Below are positions 19,058 to 28,527 of a stretch of 47,340 nt of DNA, piece after piece. The stretch's first letter is position 1; every line of letters starts with the position of its first letter. Under the pieces are notes generated by a model, which was not told the DNA's origin, ran no database searches, and saw only the letters and a program-made list of their open reading frames with translations. Source of the DNA: Patescibacteria group bacterium (GTDB lineage: Bacteria; Patescibacteriota; Microgenomatia; Woykebacterales; 2-01-FULL-43-14); assembly GCA_023485445.1 (NCBI GenBank), contig JAMCZT010000032.1:1-47340 (forward strand). The letters run 5' to 3'. Position numbers and translations under genes: made by a program.

Positions 19058-20164
19058 TCACTTCGAAACCTCAACTGAGGATAAAACTTTTTGCATATCC
19101 TCAGTACTTATGTATTGGGAACCAGTGACATAAAATGGCAAGCTATTTTGCACCCCCATATAGTAAGAAGAATTATTAAATGCAGACAGCCCTTGCGGCC
19201 AACCGGAAACCTTTAGGTAACTTTTACCATTGCTAAAACTAATCTCTTCGAATATTAAGTTGGAAAAGTCCCAGCTTGAATACATCGAACTTAAGTTCTT
19301 CTTTAACCATTCTCTTCTTGATTCTCCTTTATACGCATACTGAAAATCTCGATATAGGTAAATGGAAGCAACAGTTTTTGCGCTGGAGCCCTTACCATTC
19401 AGTAAATCAACGCCTTCTGATGAATTTGAGGCTAATTGTCTCTCCTTCACGGTAAACTCTTTCGGATACCTTAGCTTAAAATTAGTACCTTCAACTACTT
19501 TGTTGAAGGTACTCCAACTATTGGGAATGCTAACCTCGGTTTGATTCTGGTCGGTGAATTTGAAGGTGGAGAGGATCTGATTAAAAAATGTGAGGTCATC
19601 TCCACCCGGAGTATATAAGGAATAAACATCTTCTCCGTACTGAACAAAGGCAATCGCTGCCTTTTTCTCGCTAGGATAAATTGCTAGACCAGATATGATT
19701 GTAAAATTTAAACCACTAATCGATACAGCGTTATCTTCTTCTATTGTCATATAGATATTATTAGCATCTTTTTGTTTTTGGTTAGTAATTGTTGTATTGG
19801 GAACAAATGAAAGATTATAAGATAACGGGGTATCTATCGACCCTCCTGGATCTTCTGGAGCAAAGGCAATCGATTTAGACCCATTTTTTCCTTTCTGTTC
19901 CTGTTGAAAGTACCAAGAAGAAGGAGTTTTAAACAACAGTTTTTCAAGTGTGGTGGTTTTCCAATTCGCTGTCGCACTCGGAGAAGCTGAAGAAGTGCTG
20001 GTTTTGGAAGTGGAAACGCTAGTGTTATCGGTTGATTTGGGAGTGATTGAAGCTTGATAGTAGGTACCAGCAAAAAAGGCAATAAAAGGAAGGGTGATGA
20101 AAACAATCCCGGCGAGGATTTTGGAAGTGTTAGTAACGGTCGTTAGCTCTTTTGGCAATTTCAT
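19058..20164 (-). CDS. membrane-anchored variable PsbP-like protein, paralog 4
   Basis: MKLPKELTTVT N-terminus nearly identical to paralog 1. QILSTFKFTD linker. Confidence 0.8.
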   Translation of the reverse strand: MKLPKELTTVTNTSKILAGIVFITLPFIAFFAGTYYQASITPKSTDNTSVSTSKTSTSSASPSATANWKTTTLEKLLFKTPSSWYFQQEQKGKNGSKSIAFAPEDPGGSIDTPLSYNLSFVPNTTITNQKQKDANNIYMTIEEDNAVSISGLNFTIISGLAIYPSEKKAAIAFVQYGEDVYSLYTPGGDDLTFFNQILSTFKFTDQNQTEVSIPNSWSTFNKVVEGTNFKLRYPKEFTVKERQLASNSSEGVDLLNGKGSSAKTVASIYLYRDFQYAYKGESRREWLKKNLSSMYSSWDFSNLIFEEISFSNGKSYLKVSGWPQGLSAFNNSSYYMGVQNSLPFYVTGSQYISTEDMQKVLSSVEVSK

Positions 20165-20169
20165 ATTTT

Positions 20170-21303
20170 TTATTTTGTAACTTCAATTGTAGACAATACC
20201 CTTAATAAATCTTCGTTGCTTAGAGCCTTACCATTCGTTACAAAGAAAGATATCCCATTTTGTATACCTAAGTAAAAAGCCTTACCCTTAAACATTTCGT
20301 TTGGCCAGTTTGTTATTTTTAGATAACTTTTTCCATTATCGAAAACAATTTCATCAAATATTAAATTAGAAAGATCAACGTCGGTATAATACTTTCCTAA
20401 AACTTCTTTAAACCAAACTCGCCTAGAACCTGTATTATATTCAGTAAAAGTGCTGGCAAAAAATTTAGAATTTGAGTTTATATCAGCTGTGTCCAGGCTA
20501 CCCTCTTTACCCACATATATGTCCCCTGAGGATGGATCATTATCACTTATCCCATATCTCGAAGGGTACTTAAACTTGAAATACGCGTCGCCGAAGAACT
20601 TATTGTAAGTTTTCCAATCAGAAGGAATCGTCATGCTAATTTTGTTCTGGGAAGAAGTATTCTCATCGGTTTGGGTTTGATCAGTGAATTTGAAGGTGGA
20701 AAGGATTTGGTCAAGCTGTTGTTGGGTCACAACATCTTTAAGTCCAAAATATTCAATCGCGACAAGTTGGTCCTGAAAAGTAATAAAGTAGGAATCATAA
20801 AGTGAAGTATCAGAACCTTGCAACGATGCGTCAGTTTTGTATTGAGTCAAGTTTCCAGTGTACCCACCTACAGTAACATTCTTTTCTAAAACTCGCTTAG
20901 TCCCTTCAACACCATGCCCATATCTGAAATCGGCACTCTTTGTAGCAGCATAAACGAAAAGATTAGATTTTTTATCAGAAGAAGAGAATTCTAAGTTGAG
21001 CATGTTATTAGCACTGGATGACGAACCTAAAACTAAAGTAGTTGGATACTTAAATGACAGTCCGTAGGTTGAATTTGAGTAAGTTCTCCAGTCAGCCGTT
21101 GCTGAAGAGGTGCTAACAGTATTCGCGGAGGAAGTACTAGTCTTAGGAGTGGAAACGACGTTTGTATCCGTTGATTTGAGAGTCACTGAAGCTTGATAGT
21201 AATTACCAGCAAAAAAAGCGATAAAGGGAAGGCTCACGAAGACAATCGCCGCGAGGGTCTTAGAAGTAGCGGTAATGGTAGTTAATTCTTTAGGCAGTTC
21301 CAT
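20170..21303 (-). CDS. membrane-anchored variable PsbP-like protein, paralog 5
   Basis: Same N-terminus and linker. Second domain is homologous to that of paralog 4. TTGACA-18-TATATT lies 7 nt before the ATG. Confidence 0.8.
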   Translation of the reverse strand: MELPKELTTITATSKTLAAIVFVSLPFIAFFAGNYYQASVTLKSTDTNVVSTPKTSTSSANTVSTSSATADWRTYSNSTYGLSFKYPTTLVLGSSSSANNMLNLEFSSSDKKSNLFVYAATKSADFRYGHGVEGTKRVLEKNVTVGGYTGNLTQYKTDASLQGSDTSLYDSYFITFQDQLVAIEYFGLKDVVTQQQLDQILSTFKFTDQTQTDENTSSQNKISMTIPSDWKTYNKFFGDAYFKFKYPSRYGISDNDPSSGDIYVGKEGSLDTADINSNSKFFASTFTEYNTGSRRVWFKEVLGKYYTDVDLSNLIFDEIVFDNGKSYLKITNWPNEMFKGKAFYLGIQNGISFFVTNGKALSNEDLLRVLSTIEVTK

Positions 21304-21350
21304 TAAAATTAATATACCTCTAGTAAATATTGCCTGTCAAGCTTTCACTA

Positions 21351-21395
21351 CGTCATTCTGGCAATCAGTCAGAAGACTGAGCGTCCAGAATGACG
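21351..21395. repeat. REP-like palindrome, possibly a terminator after recJ
   Basis: CGTCATTCTGG..TCAGTC-AGAA-GACTGA..CCAGAATGACG: 11-bp outer stem and 6-bp inner stem. Confidence 0.65.
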
Positions 21396-21402
21396 GTAAA
21401 CG

Positions 21403-23055
21403 TTAGTTATGAGCCAGTTTAAGATCTTTGACCTTCAATTGCAGCTTCTTGTTTCCATTCCAATTATCCTCTTCCAACACAAAGGCCACGTCGACCTTCA
21501 TTCCCGGACGGAGCTTCAATTTCCACTCGCCTAGCCCGAAACCAATCGCTTCATATACCCCTTGTCTTTTCCAGGCCCCCATCACCTCGGCGCCGAGCCG
21601 CAGTTTCAAGTGCTTTCCATCACTGCCCACCGTTCGAAAATCTTTGACTTCGAAACCTCGACCCAGAAAAATCGGCTCGGGATTGCCCATCCCAAAAGGC
21701 TCAAATTGGCGTAGTTGGCGAATTGTTTCAAAACTAATCTGATCGGGAGTCACTTCCGCTTCCACTTTCAACAGCGGTGTCAGATCCTCGTCCTTCAATT
21801 TATCTTCCGCCCAAGACACCAATCTCTTTTCAAACTCCGCTAAATTTTTTGTTTCAAGGGTAAAACCGGCCGCCTGAGGATGACCACCGTGACTGACTAA
21901 AATATCGCTGCAACTACAAATCGCGTCAATGATGTTAAAACCACCGATCGATCGGGCGGAACCTTTGCTCAACTCCTCACCGCGACTGACGGCTAAAACT
22001 GGTCTGCCAAGCTCATCGGCCAGCCGCCCGGCCACCAAACCGATTACCCCCTGCTGCCAGCCTTCGTGAGACAAAACTAAGATTTTTTTCCCCTTTTCCG
22101 CGTCCGCATAAATCGTTCGGGCGTGATCTATAGTTTCCAAAGTCAATCGCTGTCGCTGCGCGTTAGTTTCCCCTAGTCTTTGGGCCAAATTCTCCGCTCG
22201 CTCTTTGCGAGTAGTTAAGAGCAGCCGTAAGGAATCCATGGCGTGCTCCATTCTCCCCATCGCATTAAGCCGAGGGGCCAGCATAAAACCAATTTCGTAT
22301 GTCCCCAGACTCCCTACTTTTACCCCAGCTTCTACCATCATCGCCTGCAGACCAAAACGGGTCGTTTGATTAAGTTGTTTCAAACCGTGCTTGACCAAAC
22401 TCCGATTTTTTCCTAAAAGAGGTACCATATCCGCGACTGTGCCTAAAGCCACCAAGTCTAACGCTTCAACCGGAATGATTTGGCCAAACTCTTTAAAAAT
22501 AGCCGTCGAGAGCTCGTAGGCGACACCTACACCAGCGAGATCAGTCGTGTGAAGGATCGCCAAAGCCTCTGGCAAATCCTCTTGCCGGTGGTGGTGATCC
22601 GTCACGATCACTTCGATCCCTAGAGAATTGGCCAGCGCTACTTCGGAGACCGCGTTGATGCCGCAGTCAACGGTGATAATCAACTTCACCCTCTTTTCAG
22701 CAATCTCCTTAATTGCTCCTTCCGAAAGGCCGTAGCCTTCTTTTTCCCGGTGGGGAATATAAGGAGTCACTTTGGCCCCAAATTTATTTAAGGTTTCCCA
22801 GAGCAGCGCCGTCGAAGTCACTCCGTCCACGTCAAAGTCGCCGTAAACCACGATTGGCTCTTTGCCTTCAACCGCTTGGCGAATCCTTTTGATCGCTTTT
22901 TTTAATTGGTCTTTCGAAATTAAGGGCTGTGGATCTAAGGAGGGATTGAAAAACTTATTCTTTTCTACTTCGTCTGTAATCTGGCGATTGTACAGAAGCT
23001 GCTCAATTAGGTCCTCTTTTACCCTCGGCGCAACCACCCAACGTTTTTCTTTCAT
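21403..23055 (-). CDS. recJ: single-stranded-DNA exonuclease RecJ
   Basis: YGDFDVDG, TVDCG, TDHH, GTVAD, GSARS, GGH, EPFGMGNPEP. Confidence 0.97.
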   Translation of the reverse strand: MKEKRWVVAPRVKEDLIEQLLYNRQITDEVEKNKFFNPSLDPQPLISKDQLKKAIKRIRQAVEGKEPIVVYGDFDVDGVTSTALLWETLNKFGAKVTPYIPHREKEGYGLSEGAIKEIAEKRVKLIITVDCGINAVSEVALANSLGIEVIVTDHHHRQEDLPEALAILHTTDLAGVGVAYELSTAIFKEFGQIIPVEALDLVALGTVADMVPLLGKNRSLVKHGLKQLNQTTRFGLQAMMVEAGVKVGSLGTYEIGFMLAPRLNAMGRMEHAMDSLRLLLTTRKERAENLAQRLGETNAQRQRLTLETIDHARTIYADAEKGKKILVLSHEGWQQGVIGLVAGRLADELGRPVLAVSRGEELSKGSARSIGGFNIIDAICSCSDILVSHGGHPQAAGFTLETKNLAEFEKRLVSWAEDKLKDEDLTPLLKVEAEVTPDQISFETIRQLRQFEPFGMGNPEPIFLGRGFEVKDFRTVGSDGKHLKLRLGAEVMGAWKRQGVYEAIGFGLGEWKLKLRPGMKVDVAFVLEEDNWNGNKKLQLKVKDLKLAHN

Positions 23056-23064
23056 GTCAACTTT

Positions 23065-24009
23065 TCACTTTGCAATTTTTAGTTCTTTCCGATCCTGCCA
23101 CTCCTGCCAAAGAACTAACAAAGGCGAGGCGTTAAAGATTGAGGAATATGTACCAGAAAGAATTCCCACCAATAACGCCACTACGAACCAACGGATCGTT
23201 GTTCCCCCAAAAAGGATCAAAGCCACCAAAACAAAAACTACCGTCAGGGAGGTATTTAGCGACCGGCCGATGGTCTGGAGGATGGAGTGGTTAACAGTTT
23301 CGGCAAAGGTCGAGTAAACCCGCCTTTTGAGGTTTTCCCTTATCCGGTCAAAAACAACGATCGTGTCATGAACGGAAAACCCGATGACGGTCAGCAGAGC
23401 GGTTACAAATAAAGAATCCACTTCCACCTTATAGAAATGACCAAGCAAGGAAAAAACCCCCACCACGACTAGAACGTCATGAATTAACGCCAGAATGGCG
23501 CAAATACCAAAACGCCAACTGGAAGCTGGCTTTGGCACCTCACGAAAGGCAAAGGCAATATAAATAACGATCATGATCGAAGCAAAGACGATAGATAAGA
23601 TGGCGTTGCGAAGCAGTTCACCTCCGATGGTCGGGCCAACCGTTTCCAGTCGCAGCTGTTCGACCTTGCCAAACTTTTCTTCTAAGGACTTCTTAAGTTT
23701 ATCAGATTGAGCCGTTTCCAATGGGCGGGTGCGCAAAGTATAGACCTGATCCCCTGAGCGTTGAATAATAGAGACTTCCAGGCCATCTTTTTTAACCGCG
23801 TCCCGGATCTGTTGGTTTTCTTTCGCTGTCATATCTGAACTGATGTTCACTCCAGAGGAGGCTTTTTCTAGTTTCAACTCCAGCAAAGTTCCCCCGGTGA
23901 AATCTATCCCCGCGTTAAGTCCCCAGGACGCTAGGGAAAAAATCCCCGGTATAATCAAAATAGCGGACAGAAAAAAATAAATCCATTTCTTGCCAACAAC
24001 ATCTAGCAT
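23065..24009 (-). CDS. secF: protein translocase subunit SecF
   Basis: GIDFTGGT, VGPTIG, DTIVVFDRIRE, GTYSSIF. Confidence 0.97.
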   Translation of the reverse strand: MLDVVGKKWIYFFLSAILIIPGIFSLASWGLNAGIDFTGGTLLELKLEKASSGVNISSDMTAKENQQIRDAVKKDGLEVSIIQRSGDQVYTLRTRPLETAQSDKLKKSLEEKFGKVEQLRLETVGPTIGGELLRNAILSIVFASIMIVIYIAFAFREVPKPASSWRFGICAILALIHDVLVVVGVFSLLGHFYKVEVDSLFVTALLTVIGFSVHDTIVVFDRIRENLKRRVYSTFAETVNHSILQTIGRSLNTSLTVVFVLVALILFGGTTIRWFVVALLVGILSGTYSSIFNASPLLVLWQEWQDRKELKIAK

Positions 24010-24012
24010 AAA

Positions 24013-24330
24013 TTACCTCAGTTCTCTAATATCATCTAAGACCTGGTCAGTTAACTTGGTTACAACCAGATCAATTTTATCCTCAATATTATTAACCTTT
24101 AACCTCAAAAATTCAACTACCTCGACTTCATTCGTCTTTGTTATCTTTTCCAAAAAGATCACCTTGTCCTCTTCTGCCAACTCCTCCATAATCGCGTCTA
24201 TTATCCGGCTGTTGTAAGTGTTTTCTAAGACTTGCCAAAGCTGCCTGCATTCTTCTTCCTCTAAATCAAGTAACTCCAGCTCGTTTTGGATCATCTGCGC
24301 CTGGACAAATCGCTGATATAAATTGATCAT
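24013..24330 (-). CDS. hypothetical acidic helical protein
   Basis: 105-aa ORF tightly packed between its neighbours (ATGA overlap with the upstream gene). Confidence 0.7.
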   Translation of the reverse strand: MINLYQRFVQAQMIQNELELLDLEEEECRQLWQVLENTYNSRIIDAIMEELAEEDKVIFLEKITKTNEVEVVEFLRLKVNNIEDKIDLVVTKLTDQVLDDIRELR

Positions 24331-25304
24331 TTTTCCTCCCCATTAATCGGTCCTAGAGGAACCTTGTTTTCCGGATCATCAACAAAGAATAAAATCACTT
24401 TTCCCTTCCTCGGCCCACCCCCCAAATCTAAAAATTCCATCCCCTCTGGAGAGGCCCCAAAACTTTTCCCTGTCCATTCTGCTGGGCCGCTATCGCCTAA
24501 GGCCCCCACGACCCCCTGACCGGTTTCGGGATTGATCATGATCATTTTCCGAAACTTAAACCACTCATACATTTCCCGATAGTTATCTTTCCATCCAGGA
24601 GCAAGAAAAGTCTGGGCCACCAAGTACCAGCGTTCCCGATCCCGAGCATCCTTCGTCAAACCGAAATGGCCTTCAGAAAAATATCCCCATGCACCTAGAT
24701 GAGGGGCAATTCCCGACTGCCCATACATTAACCAGTCTTGGGCATTTTCTGCGTGCTGTGTCAGAGTATCCCCAGGAAAACGATAAAGATGCTGCTCTGC
24801 CCCCACAAAACCATAATCCGTATTAAGCTTCTTACCCTCCAACTCTTGAACCGCCTTTATCCCAGTCATTTCCTCGATTGCCTGGCTTGCTTGGCCGGCC
24901 TGCGTTCTTGTCAAAGGCTGGGGTTTTTCTGGCAAGATTTTCTTTAACTTTTCGGAAAGCTCGATCCCCTTGTCTAATTTTGCCTCAATCTTATCGACGA
25001 TAACCCCCGGAGTAGCCTCATTAACCATCGCCGGTTTTGGTTGCGGCAATTCTCTGGCTTTTCCTGTTCCAGGGGAAAGCAAAAGCATTCCGGTGATCGC
25101 AGAAGCAGTTGCCGTCTGGGCGGCCGTCGAGGTCAAGTCATCGACCGACTTGCCTTTCTTTTCCAACCATTTCAAGCTTTCCTGGTGCTTTGACTTCAAA
25201 TCTTCAACCACTGCTTCATGCCGTTTAAGTAACTTCCGATGCAGCTTATGAAAAGTCGAGGATTTTGCCTTTGACGTTTTTTTTAACTTAAAAAAGTTCT
25301 TCAT
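24327..25304 (-). CDS. hypothetical protein with a C-terminal RlpA-like (DPBB) region
   Basis: MINPETGQGVVGALGDSGP..GKSFGAS resembles the RlpA pattern VtN.nGrsvvvrinDRGP..gRiiDLS. The domain call is by eye. Confidence 0.55.
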   Translation of the reverse strand: MKNFFKLKKTSKAKSSTFHKLHRKLLKRHEAVVEDLKSKHQESLKWLEKKGKSVDDLTSTAAQTATASAITGMLLLSPGTGKARELPQPKPAMVNEATPGVIVDKIEAKLDKGIELSEKLKKILPEKPQPLTRTQAGQASQAIEEMTGIKAVQELEGKKLNTDYGFVGAEQHLYRFPGDTLTQHAENAQDWLMYGQSGIAPHLGAWGYFSEGHFGLTKDARDRERWYLVAQTFLAPGWKDNYREMYEWFKFRKMIMINPETGQGVVGALGDSGPAEWTGKSFGASPEGMEFLDLGGGPRKGKVILFFVDDPENKVPLGPINGEEK

Positions 25305-25319
25305 GGGAGTCTTTTGATT

Positions 25320-26642
25320 TTATTTCTTGTAAATTAATCTTAAAAAGTTCTTCGTAACCACGATTGCGCTAAACATCGAAACTAGTATCCCAACCGCTAG
25401 AGTCAAAGCAAAGTTACGGACAATTCCCGTTCCAAATCCGTAAAGGATTCCACAAGTGATAAGCGAGGAGACATTCGAATCTCGAATCGAGCTCCAAGCC
25501 CTCGCAAACCCAATCTCCATGGCAATTTTCTTCTGTTTCCCGGCGCGGAGTTCCTCCCTCATTCGCTCAAAGATCAAAATATTCGCATCCACAGCCATTC
25601 CGATGGAAAGAATAAATCCGGCGATTCCCGCGAGGGTCAAGGTAACCGGGATAAGTTTAAACAACGCCAAAGCGAGAAGAGAATAAATTATCAAAGCCCC
25701 TGCCGCCAAAATCCCAGGGAGGTGATAGTAAACAATCATAAAAACAATGACGATTGCCAAACCAATAACGCCGGCGAAAAGGCTCTTGTTGACGGATTCC
25801 TGGCCGAGAGTCGCCCCAACCGTTCTCTCTTCAGCGATTTTCACTGGGACGGGCAAAGCCCCAGCATTTAGTTGGATCGATAGTTCTTTAGCTTGATCAA
25901 CCGTAAAGTTACCCGAAATAACCCCCTCACCGCCGGTAATCGGCTCCCGTACCGTCGGCCAAGTCACAGCTTGGTCATCTAGGAAAATCACCAATGGTTT
26001 CCCCACTAACCTTTTGGTAATGTCTGCAAATTTTGAACCGCCCTCTGGTGTCATTTTGAACGAGACCACCGGCTCGGCATTTTGACTGTTAAAGTCGGCA
26101 TTGGCACTCTTTAAGTCTTTGCCGGTCAAACCAGTTTCTTTGGTGTTGTCTAAAGTGGGGACTTCTTGGGCTGAAGGTGTCACTTCTTTGAACTCTCTAA
26201 ATTCAAGCAGCGCGGTCTTACCAACTAAATCTTTTGCTTGGTTAATATCCTTGACCCCAGGAAGCTCGGCAATAATCCGGTAATCATTTCCAGACTTGGA
26301 GGTCTGAACTAATGGTTCGGAAACTCCATAAAGGTTTACCCGACGGTCAATAACGTCTCTGGCAGATTCTAAGGCCTTATCACGATCTTCGGAAGCGATA
26401 TCTTTCATGTCTGCCTGCAGGACTAACCGCGTGCCACCTTGTAAATCTAGCCCTTCCTTGATGTTGAGCTCTTTTCGAATTTTCATACCCAAAAAGTCAA
26501 CGTCGATATCTGGACCAGCAATCACGGTATCTATATGAAGTGATCCTAAGTTAATTTTTACTGGAACTTTGGGCCAATCAACAACTAGGGCAATCATCGT
26601 CATGATCACGATCCCCCAAAGTGCAAATCGTTTATTCTTCAT
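25320..26642 (-). CDS. secD: protein translocase subunit SecD
   Basis: GLDLQGG, GVSEP, VGATLG, GMAVDANILIFERMREE. Confidence 0.97.
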   Translation of the reverse strand: MKNKRFALWGIVIMTMIALVVDWPKVPVKINLGSLHIDTVIAGPDIDVDFLGMKIRKELNIKEGLDLQGGTRLVLQADMKDIASEDRDKALESARDVIDRRVNLYGVSEPLVQTSKSGNDYRIIAELPGVKDINQAKDLVGKTALLEFREFKEVTPSAQEVPTLDNTKETGLTGKDLKSANADFNSQNAEPVVSFKMTPEGGSKFADITKRLVGKPLVIFLDDQAVTWPTVREPITGGEGVISGNFTVDQAKELSIQLNAGALPVPVKIAEERTVGATLGQESVNKSLFAGVIGLAIVIVFMIVYYHLPGILAAGALIIYSLLALALFKLIPVTLTLAGIAGFILSIGMAVDANILIFERMREELRAGKQKKIAMEIGFARAWSSIRDSNVSSLITCGILYGFGTGIVRNFALTLAVGILVSMFSAIVVTKNFLRLIYKK

Positions 26643-26690
26643 CTTAAATATTATGCGACAAATTTTACTAGGAAGTCAAATGGGGTATTT

Positions 26691-27620
26691 TTAAGGAAGA
26701 TTGGAAAGAATTTCCTCCTTGCCTATGACCGCAGACCCGATCACTTTATCCGCCCCACCGTAGTAAACGTAGTACTGATCATTCAACTCAACTGCTCCGC
26801 AGGTGAAAACGACATTTGGGGTTAAACCTTCTTTTTCGTAAGTTTCAACTGGCTCAAGAATCGGTTCCGGTCCTTGATAGAGAACCTTAGTTGGATCATT
26901 TAAATCCAGCAGCAGTACTCCCAAGCGATAAATATGTTGTTTATCCACCCCATGATAAAACAAAAGCCAACCCTTTTCGGTTTTGATCGGAGGTGCCCCG
27001 GCACCTACTCGTTCACTGTCCCAAAAACCTTCTTTAGGGTCAACCAAAATCTGTTCATCTTGCCAATTTTTTAAATCAGTTGAAAAAGTAAGATACATGT
27101 GGGGATAAATCCGGTGGAGCAAAGCAAAACGGCCGTTAATTTTTTCTGGAAATAAAGTGACATCTTTAGTATCAACGTCTAAAATAATCCCCTTCCGTTC
27201 AAAAGTCTGAAAATCTTTAGTCGTAATTAAAGAAGGACGAACTCGCCAAGGAGCAGGGTGGTTAAGCGATGGGGCAAATTTTTGTTGCCGATAAGTAATC
27301 GCTTCATAAACTGAAGCGGCAGTGTAGGTAATGTAGTATGTATCTTCTATCTGAACAATCCTCGGATCTTCTACTCCCAACCGCTCATATTGATTAGTTA
27401 ACTCAGCTTCGAAGATCGGATCTTCAAATCTCTCAAAAGTAAATCCATCCACGCTTTTTGCCAACCCAAACCGGGAAAGACCATCTCCTCCGATCGCTCG
27501 ATACAATAAAACCACCTTTCCCTGAAAAATAATCGCTCCGGGGTTAAAAGTGGCCTGAATTTCCCACCAATTGGCGGTTGGTTTTAGAATTGGATTATCA
27601 TTGAGACGATTAAGTTGCAT
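26691..27620 (-). CDS. GH130-like glycosidase/phosphorylase
   Basis: NPIL, FNPGA, GVEDPR, LFPEKING, PNVVFTCG, YYGGAD. Start at 27620 or 27623. Confidence 0.9.
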   Translation of the reverse strand: MQLNRLNDNPILKPTANWWEIQATFNPGAIIFQGKVVLLYRAIGGDGLSRFGLAKSVDGFTFERFEDPIFEAELTNQYERLGVEDPRIVQIEDTYYITYTAASVYEAITYRQQKFAPSLNHPAPWRVRPSLITTKDFQTFERKGIILDVDTKDVTLFPEKINGRFALLHRIYPHMYLTFSTDLKNWQDEQILVDPKEGFWDSERVGAGAPPIKTEKGWLLFYHGVDKQHIYRLGVLLLDLNDPTKVLYQGPEPILEPVETYEKEGLTPNVVFTCGAVELNDQYYVYYGGADKVIGSAVIGKEEILSNLP

Positions 27621-27738
27621 CATCCCAATTCTTTCAAAACAAACTCTCTTAGTCAAGTACTTAAAATGGCACTTATCCCTGACCTCATGTAATATTTACG
27701 CTACATTTATTGCACTCATTCTAGACGTGAAGTTATTT

Positions 27739-28446
27739 TTACTCGCTAAAAGTTACCGTTTGAAGAACTTGATTTGCTTTCTTTACGTTATTTGCCATAT
27801 CAGAAGAAGAAATCTCATCAATAGACACTTCATATACAGTATTTTTTACAGGAATATAATATACAGCGAAAGGCGTCTCTCCTTGTCCGGTTACCTTTAA
27901 AGCTGGTAAACCATTAATAGTTGTTGTGCCTGCAGGAGTACCTACAGATGACGCTTTCAAATTCTTATTCCACCAATCCTCAATAGGAGTTTTTCCGTCA
28001 TACATATAGGTAGCTATTTCCAAACGAACGCTATGATCTACACTTCGAGGATATTCACTTAATAACTTAATTTTCTTGTATTGAGTATCTTCAAACACAC
28101 TCCATTCGGATGGATATTTTAAAGTAACTCCATAAGCAAGATTCGAATATATTTTCCAATTAGTAGTTTCATCAAAAGCAGTCGCTGGAGATCTTGCAGG
28201 GGTACCTGGAACTTCTTCACTACTTTTAGTTGGTGCTGTGTTTTGAGCTACAGTAGAAGGCAACGTTTGTTCCGACTTATTGTTTTTGAGAGTTCCAAAA
28301 TAATATGCCCCAGTCCCTATAATTAAGGTAAGAAGTATTACACCAAGTATTGGAAGAAGATAACCTTTTTGTTTTGGAGAAACAATTTGATTGTTTGGAT
28401 TATCTACCCTGGGATTATTCTCTAATGTGTTATTCTCTGGTTTCAT
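27739..28446 (-). CDS. single-domain PsbP-like membrane-anchored protein
   Basis: TM segment, linker, NWKIYSNLAYGVTLKYPSEW and NQVLQTVTF. The N-terminus differs from the array paralogs. Confidence 0.75.
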   Translation of the reverse strand: MKPENNTLENNPRVDNPNNQIVSPKQKGYLLPILGVILLTLIIGTGAYYFGTLKNNKSEQTLPSTVAQNTAPTKSSEEVPGTPARSPATAFDETTNWKIYSNLAYGVTLKYPSEWSVFEDTQYKKIKLLSEYPRSVDHSVRLEIATYMYDGKTPIEDWWNKNLKASSVGTPAGTTTINGLPALKVTGQGETPFAVYYIPVKNTVYEVSIDEISSSDMANNVKKANQVLQTVTFSE

Positions 28447-28527
28447 AATTTTATTATTTTTTATTCATGTCTTACATGACGTTGGTATGCCCTTAAACTT
28501 TTAACCAACTAGACAAAAGGTTTTAAT

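Noticed and set aside
13165-20106. Twin alternative-frame ORFs MFSSPFLLLPF (13165-13488 and 19834-20106)
   Set aside because: They are shadows of the duplicated 164-bp N-terminal coding segment.
12434-21303. Diversity-generating retroelement, CRISPR array, integron or shufflon as the explanation for the repeats
   Set aside because: There is no reverse transcriptase, cas gene or tyrosine/serine recombinase in the window. The repeats are coding, irregularly spaced, all in one orientation, and differences are not adenine-specific.
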